This document shows, piece after piece, positions 1 through 10,394 of a DNA stretch of 64,000 bases. The notes beneath the pieces are model-generated. The model ran no database searches. It was not told the origin of the DNA and saw only the letters and a list, made by a program, of their open reading frames with translations. The DNA is taken from contig JBJOKS010000010.1 in the NCBI GenBank assembly GCA_046045965.1, forward strand, positions 90,856 through 154,855, given 5' to 3'. Source of the stretch: Cyanobacteriota bacterium (GTDB lineage: Bacteria > Cyanobacteriota > Cyanobacteriia > Cyanobacteriales > Nostocaceae). Within the stretch, counting starts at the first letter, position 1. Every line of letters starts with the position of its first letter. The translations under genes and the position numbers were made by a program.

Positions 1-65
1 GTGGGAATAGGGAACTCTTAACAGGGAATAGTTAAAAAATATTATTAACAAATATTAATTTTTAA

Positions 66-113
66 CAATCCCCAATCCCAATCACCAGTCCCCAATCCCC
101 AATCCCCAATCCC
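66..113. repeat. STRR heptamer tract (CAATCCC-type)
   Basis: Tandem 7-mers seen directly. Confidence 0.85.
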
Positions 114-193
114 TATCTTGCCATACCCTTCACTTCTGTACCGCGAACTGGTTAAACTAACAAATAATATTATTTCGTTTGATTGCCATAATC

Positions 194-679
194 ATGACTG
201 TAATTAGCCAAGTTATTCTCCAAGCGGACGACGAACTGCGTTACCCTAGCAGTGGCGAACTCAAAAGTATCAAAGAATTTTTGCAAACCGGCGCACAGCG
301 GACTAGAATCGCTGCTACCCTCTCCGAAAACGAAAAAAAGATAGTTCAGGAAGCCACCAAAAAACTTTGGCAAAAGCGCCCTGATTTTATCGCTCCTGGT
401 GGTAATGCTTACGGGGAAAAGCAACGTGCTTTATGTATCCGTGACTTTGGATGGTACTTACGCCTGATTACCTATGGTGTACTTGCTGGTGACAAAGAAC
501 CTATTGAAAAAATTGGTTTGATTGGTGTGCGAGAAATGTACAACTCTCTAGGTGTTCCTGTTCCTGGAATGGTGGAAGCTATCAGTTCTCTCAAACAAGC
601 ATCCTTGGACTTACTCGGTGCTGAAGATGCAGCAGCAGCAGCGCCTTACTTTGATTACATCATTCAAGCGATGTCTTAA
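194..679 (+). CDS. apcD: Allophycocyanin-B alpha subunit
   Basis: [19 protein letters not shown] start (ATG 194), chromophore Cys in ALCIRD, 161 aa phycobiliprotein. Confidence 0.95.
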   Translation: MTVISQVILQADDELRYPSSGELKSIKEFLQTGAQRTRIAATLSENEKKIVQEATKKLWQKRPDFIAPGGNAYGEKQRALCIRDFGWYLRLITYGVLAGDKEPIEKIGLIGVREMYNSLGVPVPGMVEAISSLKQASLDLLGAEDAAAAAPYFDYIIQAMS

Positions 680-703
680 TATTAAGGTTGTAGCGAAACA
701 TTA

Positions 704-738
704 GCGATAGCCGCAACGGCTGACGCTTCGCGTAACGC
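704..738. repeat. Small dispersed repeat-like GC-rich insert splitting a HIP1 site
   Basis: GCGAT-agccgcaacggctgacgcttcgcgtaa-CGC, with internal hairpin agccg/cggct. Confidence 0.5.
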
Positions 739-872
739 TACCCATCAAAATTCATCATTGAGATGATCACCCTTTCCCCACACTTGTTAGTGGCTATGGC
801 AACATATTTGTCAAGTTATTATAAAGTTGTGGGGATATCTTATGTGTATCTACTGATTGATGATCACCAATG

Positions 873-944
873 AAAAGAAACCGACAGGAGGCTGTCGGCC
901 ATTAGTTGTGTTCCCTATTAATGACTCGGCTAGAGTTCAGTTAT
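873..944 (-). ncRNA. Candidate small RNA (~70 nt)
   Basis: Minus-strand extended -10 TGgCATAAT (958-950), internal hairpin and intrinsic terminator CCGACAG-cctc-CTGTCGG-TTTCTTTT, with no upstream minus-strand gene. Confidence 0.35.
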
Positions 945-1157
945 AGATGATTATGCCAACATGGTCACTATCAGAAGAGGATCTTAATCATGGATAATGG
1001 TGATTATAATCATAATCATTCGTGATTTAAATCACTGAAGTATTCACTTAAAAATGTATTCTCTTGCTCAGTGGATGGAGAGAGAAAAATACACCAGAAA
1101 CCGTAAATTAGATAAAAAAGCCAGCTTTTTTGTAAACAGCAACCAATTTTTTATCAG

Positions 1158-1793
1158 ATGTCTCTTAACTTAGCCAAAGTAATATCAGCAACAGTATTAT
1201 TAAGTGTAATCACTGCTTGTACTACACCACCACAAAACCAATTTTCCCCAGAAAATAAACCCCTTGTAGATAGTAATAAATCTGCCAAAAATAGACCACC
1301 TAATAAAACAGCGACAATTTCTGTTGAAGGAGAAAAAACTAACATTAACTTAAAACTTTACCAGGAAAAAAATTTATTCAGTACCTACTTTCCTGAAGAA
1401 GATTTTTTGGTGGAAACTGCAACTTCAGATCAACCAAAGAGAGTAAAGTTTATTGCTAATTTTGGTGGTATCAAAAATGAAGATGCTTATATCCAAATTA
1501 CCTTTACTGATAACTTCCAAAATATTGCAGAAGTCAAAAACTTTATTACTAGTAAAGAGGGTATAATTGCAGCTAATAAATGGAAAATTGTCAGTCGTAG
1601 CAACACTTTAACCTATCCTTGGGCAAAAGAAAAGATTGCTTTTAGTAAAGGTGAAGATATTGTAGGTGATATTTACATTGGAGAACAAAATGCTAAAGTC
1701 TTTTATGTCATTACCCATTTTCCTTTAGAATATGGAGATGGTTTTTCACCAATAGAAGATTTGGTTTTAAGTAATCTGGAAATAGATAAGTAA
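1158..1793 (+). CDS. Hypothetical lipoprotein
   Basis: Signal peptide with lipobox ITAC, 211 aa. Confidence 0.8.
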   Translation: MSLNLAKVISATVLLSVITACTTPPQNQFSPENKPLVDSNKSAKNRPPNKTATISVEGEKTNINLKLYQEKNLFSTYFPEEDFLVETATSDQPKRVKFIANFGGIKNEDAYIQITFTDNFQNIAEVKNFITSKEGIIAANKWKIVSRSNTLTYPWAKEKIAFSKGEDIVGDIYIGEQNAKVFYVITHFPLEYGDGFSPIEDLVLSNLEIDK

Positions 1794-1845
1794 AGCCAAG
1801 ACAAATTTTAAATTTTTCAGCTACAATACAGAAAATATCAAACCT

Positions 1846-2649
1846 GTGAAAACAGATACCATATTCTATCAACTGTTTCAAACATTACCTAGTATCCTTT
1901 TTGAACTACTTGGTAAACCAGCCACGGAAGCGGAAGTATATAAATTTACATCTGTAGAAATTAAGGAACTAGCATTTCGCTTTGATGGTTTATTTGTACC
2001 TGATTCAGAAATACCTGAACAGCCAATTTACTTCGTAGAAGTTCAATTTCAACCGAAAGCGGACTTTTACTGGCGGTTTTTTACCGAAATCTTTGTTTAT
2101 CTGAATCAGTATCAACCAAAGAATGATTTTCACGCAGTAGCGATTTTTGCTAAACGTAGTTTAGATCCTGGTGTACCAATGCAGTATCGGGGTTTGCTAA
2201 TGAGTCAGCAAATCACGTTTATTTATTTGGATGAGTTAGAGGTAATAACCGATAATTCAATAGGACTGGGAATGGTACAGTTAGTTGTGGAAAAAGAGGA
2301 AACTGCTATTGATCATACCAGGCAGTTAATCCAAAAATCTCGACAACAATTAACTGATGCCAGTAAAAGACAAAAGGTTTTAGAATTGTTAGAGACGATC
2401 TTGGTTTACAAGTTAACTAATTTAAGTCGTCAGGAGATTGAAGCAATGTTTACTCTAGATGAATTAAAGCAAACACGGTATTTTCGAGAAGTTGCTGAGG
2501 AAGAAAGAACAAAAGGTAAGTTAGAAACAGTACCGCTGTTATTGCAGTTAGGTTTGACTGTGGAACAAATAGCCGCAAATTTAGGTGTGGATATTGAAGC
2601 GGTGAGGAAAGTTGCGGAAGAATCTGTTGATGAAAATCTTTCGGAGTAG
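1846..2649 (+). CDS. Rpn family / DUF2887 PD-(D/E)XK nuclease-like protein
   Basis: MKTDTIFYQLF, FRFDGLF, YFVEVQFQ motifs and C-terminal HTH-like tail (GLTVEQIA). Confidence 0.85.
   Translation: MKTDTIFYQLFQTLPSILFELLGKPATEAEVYKFTSVEIKELAFRFDGLFVPDSEIPEQPIYFVEVQFQPKADFYWRFFTEIFVYLNQYQPKNDFHAVAIFAKRSLDPGVPMQYRGLLMSQQITFIYLDELEVITDNSIGLGMVQLVVEKEETAIDHTRQLIQKSRQQLTDASKRQKVLELLETILVYKLTNLSRQEIEAMFTLDELKQTRYFREVAEEERTKGKLETVPLLLQLGLTVEQIAANLGVDIEAVRKVAEESVDENLSE
2446..2649 (+). CDS. Putative internally translated RpnS-like small protein (67 aa)
   Basis: In-frame ATG at 2446 preceded by AGGAG (2432-2436). Confidence 0.45.
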   Translation: MFTLDELKQTRYFREVAEEERTKGKLETVPLLLQLGLTVEQIAANLGVDIEAVRKVAEESVDENLSE

Positions 2650-2932
2650 TTAGAATAAATGGAAAGTGATTAGTTTGACTGATCACTTTTTTTCAAAATT
2701 TTCAAAAGTTGATTAGAGAATTTCATACCTATAAAACATTAGTATGTAAAACTAGCTTCTTGCATATTTTATCAGCGAGCTACATAGTTAATTCTACATG
2801 AGACTAGGTTACTGCACCCCCAGATACCCTACTTCTAACATCAATTAAAATTTAAATTTATTGCCCAGATTAAAAAAAGAAGTCCAGTATCTCAGATAGA
2901 ATATTCCTCTGTCCCCTTGGTGCATAACTGCC

Positions 2933-5323
2933 ATGACCACCGCACAAAGTCCCTTTTCTCCCCAAGAAATAGCCTCAGAAGGCATAAAACCCGAAGAATA
3001 TACCGAAATTGTCCGCCGCTTAGGCCGTCATCCCAACAAAGCCGAATTAGGTATGTTTGGGGTGATGTGGTCAGAACATTGCTGTTATAAAAATTCCCGT
3101 CCTTTACTCAAACAGTTTCCCACCACAGGACCCCGCATCCTCGTTGGACCCGGTGAAAATGCAGGTGTTGTGGATATCGGCGACGGACTACAATTAGCGT
3201 TTAAAATAGAATCCCACAACCACCCCTCAGCCGTTGAACCCTTCCAAGGTGCTGCTACAGGTGTGGGAGGTATATTAAGAGATATATTCACAATGGGGGC
3301 GCGTCCCATTGCTTTATTAAATTCTTTGCGCTTTGGTGATTTAGATGATCCGAAAACCCAAAGATTATTTACAGGCGTTGTAGCGGGAATCTCCCATTAT
3401 GGTAATTGCGTCGGTGTTCCCACTGTAGGCGGTGAAGTCTATTTTAACCCTGCTTATTCGGGGAATCCCTTAGTCAACGTCATGGCACTGGGATTAATGG
3501 AAACACCAGAAATCGTCAAATCTGGCGCTTCTGGTATTGGTAATCCTGTGTTATATGTCGGTTCTACCACCGGACGGGATGGCATGGGAGGCGCGAGTTT
3601 TGCCAGTGCAGAATTAACAGATGAGTCAATGGATAACCGTCCTGCGGTGCAAGTGGGAGATCCATTTTTAGAAAAGTCCTTAATTGAAGCTTGTTTAGAG
3701 GCATTTAAAACCGGGGCTGTAGTTGCGGCGCAAGATATGGGTGCTGCTGGTATAACTTGTTCTACTTCAGAAATGGCTGCTAAAGGCGGCGTAGGTGTTG
3801 AATTTGACCTAGATAAAATTCCTGCCCGTGAGTTAGGAATGATACCCTATGAATACCTGCTTTCGGAATCTCAAGAAAGAATGTTGTTTGTTGCCCATAA
3901 GGGACGAGAACAGGAATTAATTGATATTTTCCACCGTTGGGGACTGCAAGCGGTGGTTGCGGGTACGGTTATTGAAGAAACCATTGTCAGAATTTTGTTT
4001 AAAGGGGAAATTGCCGCAGAAATACCCGCTGATGCTTTGGCAGAAAATACACCTTTGTATGAACGGGAACTATTAGCAGAACCTCCTGAATATGCCCAAA
4101 TAGCTTGGCAATGGACATCTGATAGTTTACCTCCCTGTAATGCTACGGGTATTGAAATCGGTGGTAAGTTGCAAATCTGGCAGGATATTTTATTAACTTT
4201 GCTAGGTACACCTACCATTGCTTCTAAAAGCTGGGTTTATCGCCAATATGACCATCAAGTGCAGAATAACACCGTATTATTACCCGGTGGTGCCGATGCT
4301 GCTGTTGTGCGTTTACGTCCTTTAAATTCTTACCCAGTCACCAGTTACCAGTCACCAGTCACCAGTCACCGAAGCGGTGTTGCGGCTACTGTAGATTGTA
4401 ATTCTCGTTATGTTTATCTTGATCCCTATGAAGGGGCTAAGGCTGTGGTAGCTGAAGCTGCCCGGAATCTAAGCTGTGTGGGCGCACAACCCTTGGCTGT
4501 GACGGATAACCTCAATTTTGGTAGTCCAGAAAAACCGATTGGTTATTGGCAGTTAGCGTCCGCTTGTCGGGGTTTGAGTGAAGGGTGCAAGGAATTATCA
4601 ACCCCTGTTACGGGTGGAAATGTTTCTTTGTATAATGAAACTTTTGATGATCAGGGAAATCCTCAGCCAATTTATCCGACTCCTGTTGTGGGAATGGTTG
4701 GTTTAATTGAAGATTTGGATAAAATTTGTGGTCAAGGTTGGAAAAATGCAGGTGATGTAATTTACCTATTAGGCGTAGCAGTTCAATCCAAAATCGAAAA
4801 TCCAAAATCTAAAATTGAATTGGGTGCGTCTGAATATTTGGCAACGATTCATAATACTGTTGCTGGAAGACCACCAAGGGTTGATTTTGAATTAGAACGT
4901 ACTGTACAACAGGTTTGTCGTGAGGGTATTCGTTCTGGTTGGGTGTGTTCTGCCCATGATACTGCTGAAGGTGGTTTAACGGTGGCTTTGGCAGAATGTT
5001 GTTTAAGTGGCAACTTGGGAGCAGAAGTTAATTTAGGAATCTCCGCAGATCATGATACACGCTTTGATGAAGTGTTGTTTGGTGAAGGTGGAGCGAGAAT
5101 TTTGGTTTCTGTAAGTGAGGAAAATCAGGAAAAATGGGAATCCTATTTACAGGAGCATCTAGGAGAAAATTGGCAAAGGTTAGGTGTAGTTGCTAACTTG
5201 GAAACAGGTTTAATGGTTTGTACCACTGATAATCAAGAAATCATTAAAGTTAGCATTGCCGACATGAGCAACGTCTATGATCAGGCGATCGCTCAACGTC
5301 TCGCTCTCTATGCCAATACATGA
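2933..5323 (+). CDS. purL: Phosphoribosylformylglycinamidine synthase subunit PurL
   Basis: [29 protein letters not shown] motifs. Confidence 0.97.
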   Translation: MTTAQSPFSPQEIASEGIKPEEYTEIVRRLGRHPNKAELGMFGVMWSEHCCYKNSRPLLKQFPTTGPRILVGPGENAGVVDIGDGLQLAFKIESHNHPSAVEPFQGAATGVGGILRDIFTMGARPIALLNSLRFGDLDDPKTQRLFTGVVAGISHYGNCVGVPTVGGEVYFNPAYSGNPLVNVMALGLMETPEIVKSGASGIGNPVLYVGSTTGRDGMGGASFASAELTDESMDNRPAVQVGDPFLEKSLIEACLEAFKTGAVVAAQDMGAAGITCSTSEMAAKGGVGVEFDLDKIPARELGMIPYEYLLSESQERMLFVAHKGREQELIDIFHRWGLQAVVAGTVIEETIVRILFKGEIAAEIPADALAENTPLYERELLAEPPEYAQIAWQWTSDSLPPCNATGIEIGGKLQIWQDILLTLLGTPTIASKSWVYRQYDHQVQNNTVLLPGGADAAVVRLRPLNSYPVTSYQSPVTSHRSGVAATVDCNSRYVYLDPYEGAKAVVAEAARNLSCVGAQPLAVTDNLNFGSPEKPIGYWQLASACRGLSEGCKELSTPVTGGNVSLYNETFDDQGNPQPIYPTPVVGMVGLIEDLDKICGQGWKNAGDVIYLLGVAVQSKIENPKSKIELGASEYLATIHNTVAGRPPRVDFELERTVQQVCREGIRSGWVCSAHDTAEGGLTVALAECCLSGNLGAEVNLGISADHDTRFDEVLFGEGGARILVSVSEENQEKWESYLQEHLGENWQRLGVVANLETGLMVCTTDNQEIIKVSIADMSNVYDQAIAQRLALYANT

Positions 5324-5425
5324 ACAGGATGAAAGTCAAGAATCTAACATGAAAATTTACAATTCATCCTCCATCCTTGACCAATTTGCGGTACTGTTTT
5401 AATGGATGGTTAAAGATTTGTTAAG

Positions 5426-5540
5426 AGGCAGGAGGCAGAAGGCAGGAGGCAGAAGGCAGGAGGCAGAAGGCAGAAAGTAATATATTATTCTCCCCATCTC
5501 CCCTGCTCCCCACCTCCCCACCTCCCCAGTCCCCAGTTAC
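5426..5540. repeat. STRR tracts (AGGCAGG/AGGCAGA and TCCCC-type)
   Basis: Tandem heptamers in the purL-purF spacer. Confidence 0.85.
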
Positions 5541-5567
5541 GACACCCCACCAGGAGCAAAAACCAGC

Positions 5568-7046
5568 ATGATTCCCCAGCATTCCGTCACTTCTGATCAA
5601 TCTATCAACATGATTGAAAATCGCGCTGACAAGCCAGAAGAAGCTTGTGGTGTTTTTGGTATCTATGCACCAGAACAAGATGTAGCAAAAATGGCATACT
5701 TTGGATTATATGCCCTGCAACATCGGGGTCAAGAATCTGCTGGTATTGCTACCTTTGAGGGAACGCACGTACACCAGCATAAAGATATGGGCTTGGTGTC
5801 TCAAGTATTCAGTGAAGCTATTTTAGAAGATTTACCTGGTAATATTGCGGTTGGTCACACTCGTTATTCTACTACTGGTTCTAGTCGCAAAGCTAACGCT
5901 CAACCAGCAGTTGTGGAAACTCGTTTAGGTCATTTGGCACTTGCACATAATGGTAATTTAGTCAATACCATCCAATTGCGGGAAGAATTACTAAAGACTA
6001 ATGTTCACCTAGTCACAAGTACAGATTCAGAAATGATTGCCTATGCGATCGCAGAAGAAGTCAATGCTGGTGCAGACTGGTTAGAAGGTGCGATTCGTGC
6101 TTTTCACCGCTGTCAAGGTGCATTTAGTTTAGTGATAGGCACACCTGATGGTATCATGGGAGCGCGTGACCCTAACGGCATTCGTCCCTTGGTCATCGGC
6201 ACTTTAGACAGTGATCCAGTTCGTTATGTACTCGCTTCTGAAACCTGCGGTTTAGATATTATCGGTGCTGAATATCTGCGGGATGTGGAACCAGGTGAGT
6301 TAGTTTGGATTACTGAAAAAGGTTTAAAATCAATTGCTTGGAATCAAAAGTATCAGCGCAAATTGTGTATCTTTGAAATGATCTACTTTGCTCGTCCTGA
6401 TAGTTTGATGCACAATGAAACATTATATAGCTATCGGATGCGATTAGGACGGAGATTGGCAGAAGAATCACCCATAGAAGCAGATTTAGTATTTGGTGTA
6501 CCTGATTCTGGCATACCTGCGGCCATTGGTTTTTCCCAAGCATCAGGTATAGCTTATGGTGAAGGCTTGATTAAAAATCGCTACGTCGGTAGAACTTTTA
6601 TTCAACCTACCCAAAGTATGCGAGAAACGGGAATTAAAATGAAATTGAACCCCCTGAAAGATGTATTATATGGGAAGCGGGTGGTAATAATTGATGATTC
6701 CATCGTCCGGGGAACTACTAGCAGAAAACTGGTAAAAGCATTACGTGATGCGGGTGCTGCGGAAGTACACATGAGAATTTCTTCACCTCCTGTCACCCAT
6801 CCTTGTTTTTATGGTATTGATACAGATACCCAAGATCAACTAATTGCTGCTACTAAGTCAGTTGAACAGATAGCGAAGCAATTGGAAGTTGATACTCTTG
6901 CTTATTTGAGTTGGGAAGGAATGCTGGAAACAACCAGAGAAGATACTAATAGTTTCTGTTCTGCTTGTTTTACTGGTGATTATCCTGTAGCTATTCCTGA
7001 ACAAGTAAAGCGTTCTAAATTGATGTTGGAAAAAGCTGTAGTTTAG
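5568..7046 (+). CDS. purF: Amidophosphoribosyltransferase
   Basis: Propeptide then EEACGVFG, QHRGQESAG, DDSIVRGTT, FCSAC Fe-S ligands. Confidence 0.97.
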   Translation: MIPQHSVTSDQSINMIENRADKPEEACGVFGIYAPEQDVAKMAYFGLYALQHRGQESAGIATFEGTHVHQHKDMGLVSQVFSEAILEDLPGNIAVGHTRYSTTGSSRKANAQPAVVETRLGHLALAHNGNLVNTIQLREELLKTNVHLVTSTDSEMIAYAIAEEVNAGADWLEGAIRAFHRCQGAFSLVIGTPDGIMGARDPNGIRPLVIGTLDSDPVRYVLASETCGLDIIGAEYLRDVEPGELVWITEKGLKSIAWNQKYQRKLCIFEMIYFARPDSLMHNETLYSYRMRLGRRLAEESPIEADLVFGVPDSGIPAAIGFSQASGIAYGEGLIKNRYVGRTFIQPTQSMRETGIKMKLNPLKDVLYGKRVVIIDDSIVRGTTSRKLVKALRDAGAAEVHMRISSPPVTHPCFYGIDTDTQDQLIAATKSVEQIAKQLEVDTLAYLSWEGMLETTREDTNSFCSACFTGDYPVAIPEQVKRSKLMLEKAVV

Positions 7047-7245
7047 ATAATTGTATCATCTTGTGGGGTGGGCATCTTGCCCGCCTTAATCTTGTATTGT
7101 CAGAATCAGAATTTATTCAGCATATTTCAGGATGATAATGGCAGAATTTCAGGAAATATCAGAGTTTATGCTGTATGTATAAGAAATATTTTCGATTATC
7201 CTAGCTATAGAGGGTTTTCGAGCAATTTCAGGGGAAATACCAAAA

Positions 7246-7782
7246 ATGAATGTTTTTAATAAAATAGGTATTGCTGCAATATCGGGAATGATGTTTTTAA
7301 CAGTTCCATCCGTAGCTACAGCTAATGATCCCGGTGGTTGTTTTATGGTGACATCATCCGGTAAAACTGTCAGTTTGGGATCTCTCTGCGGAATAACACC
7401 ACCACCATCAACTCCCAAGGTTTTTAGAGTACCTATTAAGCGTCGTCTTGGTAAGACTCCAGTGATAGATGTGAATTTTAACGGTAGTCAAGCTTTTGAA
7501 ATGGTGCTTGATACTGGTGCTTCTGGTATTTTAATTACTCAAGAAGCGGCTACAGCACTGAAACTCAAACCTTCGGGAATAATAAAAGCTAGTATTGCTG
7601 ATGGTAGCATAGTAGAATTTAAAACTAGCAATGTCCTGACCATTACTGTTGGCGGTGCAGTTCTGAATAATGCTAAAGTTGCGATCGCTCCCAAAGCGAA
7701 TATTGGTTTGCTAGGCCACGATTTTTTTGAGAAATATGATATTAAAATCCTAGAAAAGCAAGTTGAATTTTACCCGCGTTAA
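7246..7782 (+). CDS. Secreted retropepsin-like aspartyl protease
   Basis: Signal peptide, VLDTGAS catalytic motif, GLLGHDF. Confidence 0.85.
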   Translation: MNVFNKIGIAAISGMMFLTVPSVATANDPGGCFMVTSSGKTVSLGSLCGITPPPSTPKVFRVPIKRRLGKTPVIDVNFNGSQAFEMVLDTGASGILITQEAATALKLKPSGIIKASIADGSIVEFKTSNVLTITVGGAVLNNAKVAIAPKANIGLLGHDFFEKYDIKILEKQVEFYPR

Positions 7783-7809
7783 TACAGTTTACATCTGGAT
7801 AAAAATATT

Positions 7810-7840
7810 TACACCCTGGCTATTTAAACCAGGAGTATAA
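7810..7840. terminator. Hairpin between convergent genes
   Basis: TACACCCTGG-ctatttaaa-CCAGGAGTA imperfect inverted repeat with flanking A/T runs. Confidence 0.45.
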
Positions 7841-7856
7841 AAATTTATATACCCAA

Positions 7857-8543
7857 TTACAAACGTTGTAGCAAATTTAAGCCATGAGTGTCAGTTCCAC
7901 AGGTGTTAAGTAAACCATATTCTGCCGCTAACATTTGCACTTCTTCTGTTTCCACTGCACAGGGTTTCCAAGGGTTAGGATTTTTATAAGCGTAGAAAGC
8001 CTCAACCCCATCAATACCATATTCAGCTGCTTTGGGAATTAAATCAAAGTGCGATCGCCGATAACGTGCTGGATGAGCAAGTACAGCTAGTCCCCCAGCG
8101 TCATGAATAGCTGCAATGACGTTAGCAGCTTGATAATCTTTACCCGTAGTTACTTTTCTTTGTAGATAAACTTTGATACTGGAGTTTTCTATTTCAAAAC
8201 CATAAGCCAAAATATGAACTTCTACATCCAATAAGTTGGCATTAATTTCTACACCACTCCATAAGTGAGGAATACTGGTATCAGGATTACTCCATCTCCA
8301 GTCTTCCAACCAAGCGCGTGCTGCTTGATAACCACCAATACTATGATGGTCAGTAATTGCCAGCCCTTTTAAACCAATAGCGATCGCCTGTTCCATGAGT
8401 ATATTCGGCTGCAACTTCCCATCCGAGTATACCGTGTGCATATGAAAGTTGAAAAACCTGGGACAGCTTTGAGCATCAATGCTTTGGAATACCTGTTTTA
8501 AAAGTTCTGTGGAAGCAGTAGTCCGGGCAAAATTTACAACCAT
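7857..8543 (-). CDS. PHP domain phosphoesterase
   Basis: HMHTVYSDG, AITDH, LAHP, GTDTH; ATG 8543 preceded by GAGGGG. Confidence 0.88.
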   Translation of the reverse strand: MVVNFARTTASTELLKQVFQSIDAQSCPRFFNFHMHTVYSDGKLQPNILMEQAIAIGLKGLAITDHHSIGGYQAARAWLEDWRWSNPDTSIPHLWSGVEINANLLDVEVHILAYGFEIENSSIKVYLQRKVTTGKDYQAANVIAAIHDAGGLAVLAHPARYRRSHFDLIPKAAEYGIDGVEAFYAYKNPNPWKPCAVETEEVQMLAAEYGLLNTCGTDTHGLNLLQRL

Positions 8544-8869
8544 AACCCCCTCTGAACAATAATATGCGATTCTGAATAAACCTACACGCCACACTTAGAA
8601 ATGAAAAATTGGCCGCTACCTTCTCAGCTACAGTAATGATTTTTTTGAGATTTGTTAAAACTACGTTAGCAAATCTCAATGCTCATGGTCATGAGTATTT
8701 TTGATTACTTCTATAAAGAAAGTCTAAATTTTTGCCTAATTTTTTATAAATACTGATATCATTTTAGCTTCAAATTTGCCAAAAAGTTGGGCTTGAGCAG
8801 AATTATTGCTTCTACCCAGCCTAAAACCATGCCCAACATAGGCTGTAATGTTTACTTTTGACTAAAGCT

Positions 8870-9898
8870 CTAAGTAATAAGACCTAATAATTCACCACTT
8901 CCTGTCACAACTTCACCAATTGCATAAGCGGGAATATTCTGTGATTGAAAATGATTAATCGCTTGTTCCGCCTGATGAGGTGGTAATATGATCACAAATC
9001 CAACACCCATATTAAAAGTATTATACATAGCTTCAGCACCGACAGAACCTGCTTGAGCTAACCATTGAAACACAGGAGGAATATTCCAACTACCAGGATG
9101 AATTTTAATAGCTTGACCTGTTCCCAGACATCGGGGTAAATTTTCTGGTAAACCCCCACCGGTAATATGTGCCATACCGTGAACTTCTAAACCGGTTTTT
9201 AGGGCAGCTAACACAGATTTAACATAAATGCGGGTAGGAGTGAGAAAAGCTGTACCAATAGTTTCCCCATTTAATAATTCTGGGGTGTCATCCCAAGAAA
9301 AACCGCCATCACTAACAATTTTTCTCACCAAACTCACACCATTACTGTGAATACCTGCACTAGCTAAACCTATAGCTACATCCCCCACTTGCACCTGAGA
9401 ACCATCCAACATCCGGCTTTTTTCAACTATTCCCACACAAAAACCGGCTAAGTCATATTCACCGACTTGGTAAAAACCAGGCATTTCGGCGGTTTCTCCG
9501 CCCAATAAAGCCGCACCAGCTAGTTTACAACCTGTAGCTATTCCTGTCACTACCTGAGTTAACTGCTCTTTATCCAGCTTACCCGTAGCTACATAATCGA
9601 GAAAAAACAGCGGTTCTGCTCCCGATGTTAGCACATCATTAACACACATCGCCACTAAATCAATACCTACAGTGTCATGGCGGTTGAGAATTTGAGCAAT
9701 TTTTAGCTTTGTACCCACACCATCTGTACCAGATACCAAAACGGGTTCTTGATAACCTGTAGGCAGTTGAAAACAGCCCCCAAAGCCACCTAAACCACCC
9801 AATACTTCTGATCTGAAGGTACTATGAACCAAATTGCGAATTTGGTCTACAAAAGCTCTACCTGCTTCAACATCAACACCTGCATCCCGATAATCCAT
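8870..9898 (-). CDS. purM: Phosphoribosylformylglycinamidine cyclo-ligase
   Basis: [26 protein letters not shown]. Confidence 0.97.
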   Translation of the reverse strand: MDYRDAGVDVEAGRAFVDQIRNLVHSTFRSEVLGGLGGFGGCFQLPTGYQEPVLVSGTDGVGTKLKIAQILNRHDTVGIDLVAMCVNDVLTSGAEPLFFLDYVATGKLDKEQLTQVVTGIATGCKLAGAALLGGETAEMPGFYQVGEYDLAGFCVGIVEKSRMLDGSQVQVGDVAIGLASAGIHSNGVSLVRKIVSDGGFSWDDTPELLNGETIGTAFLTPTRIYVKSVLAALKTGLEVHGMAHITGGGLPENLPRCLGTGQAIKIHPGSWNIPPVFQWLAQAGSVGAEAMYNTFNMGVGFVIILPPHQAEQAINHFQSQNIPAYAIGEVVTGSGELLGLIT

Positions 9899-9946
9899 GA
9901 CTCTATTACACCGTTATCATTCTTTTTTCAACCCCGTTTATTATAG

Positions 9947-10068
9947 GGTAATTGGTAATTGGTAATTGGTAATTGGTAATTGGGAAACATACAAATAACT
10001 TCCCCCTGCTCCCTGCTCCCTGCTAGAAAGCTCCCCTGCTTCTTCCCCAGTCACCAGTCACCAGTCAC
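9947..10068. repeat. STRR tracts (GGTAATT, CCCTGCT, CCAGTCA)
   Basis: Tandem heptamers. Confidence 0.85.
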
Positions 10069-10069
10069 C

Positions 10070-10276
10070 TTAAAAAACCTGATCTTCTATTCCCTGCCAC
10101 CATTCTCCTAAATTCATTAAATCTTGGTGAATATCTGCTAATTCTTCCTCGTAAGCTTCCGGTGACATTGTATCTCGTCGTTCTTGTAGTTTTTTCAGGC
10201 GCAGTTGTCCCAATAACCAAGGTTTAGAAATACTATCTGTAGCTTCTAGATATTGTGCTAATTCCTGACTATCCAT
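10070..10276 (-). CDS. Small hypothetical protein
   Basis: 68 aa ORF ending LGEWWQGIEDQVF, co-oriented with its neighbours. Confidence 0.7.
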   Translation of the reverse strand: MDSQELAQYLEATDSISKPWLLGQLRLKKLQERRDTMSPEAYEEELADIHQDLMNLGEWWQGIEDQVF

Positions 10277-10394
10277 AAAATTTAAAGTTATTTTATATTT
10301 TATTATAAATCAAAACTTACGAATTACGAATAGAGGCAGAAGCTCTCGAATTTAAATTTTGAATTTCGACTTGATTGATTCCCTGTTCCCTGTT

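Noticed and set aside
5285..5292. Frequent GCGATCGC octamers throughout the window
   Set aside because: HIP1, a well-known cyanobacterial genome signature, so not novel
5421..5678. 85-aa minus-strand ORF (and similar ORFs at 28314, 33086, 33126, 51232)
   Set aside because: Made of repeat-derived low-complexity peptide and overlapping real genes
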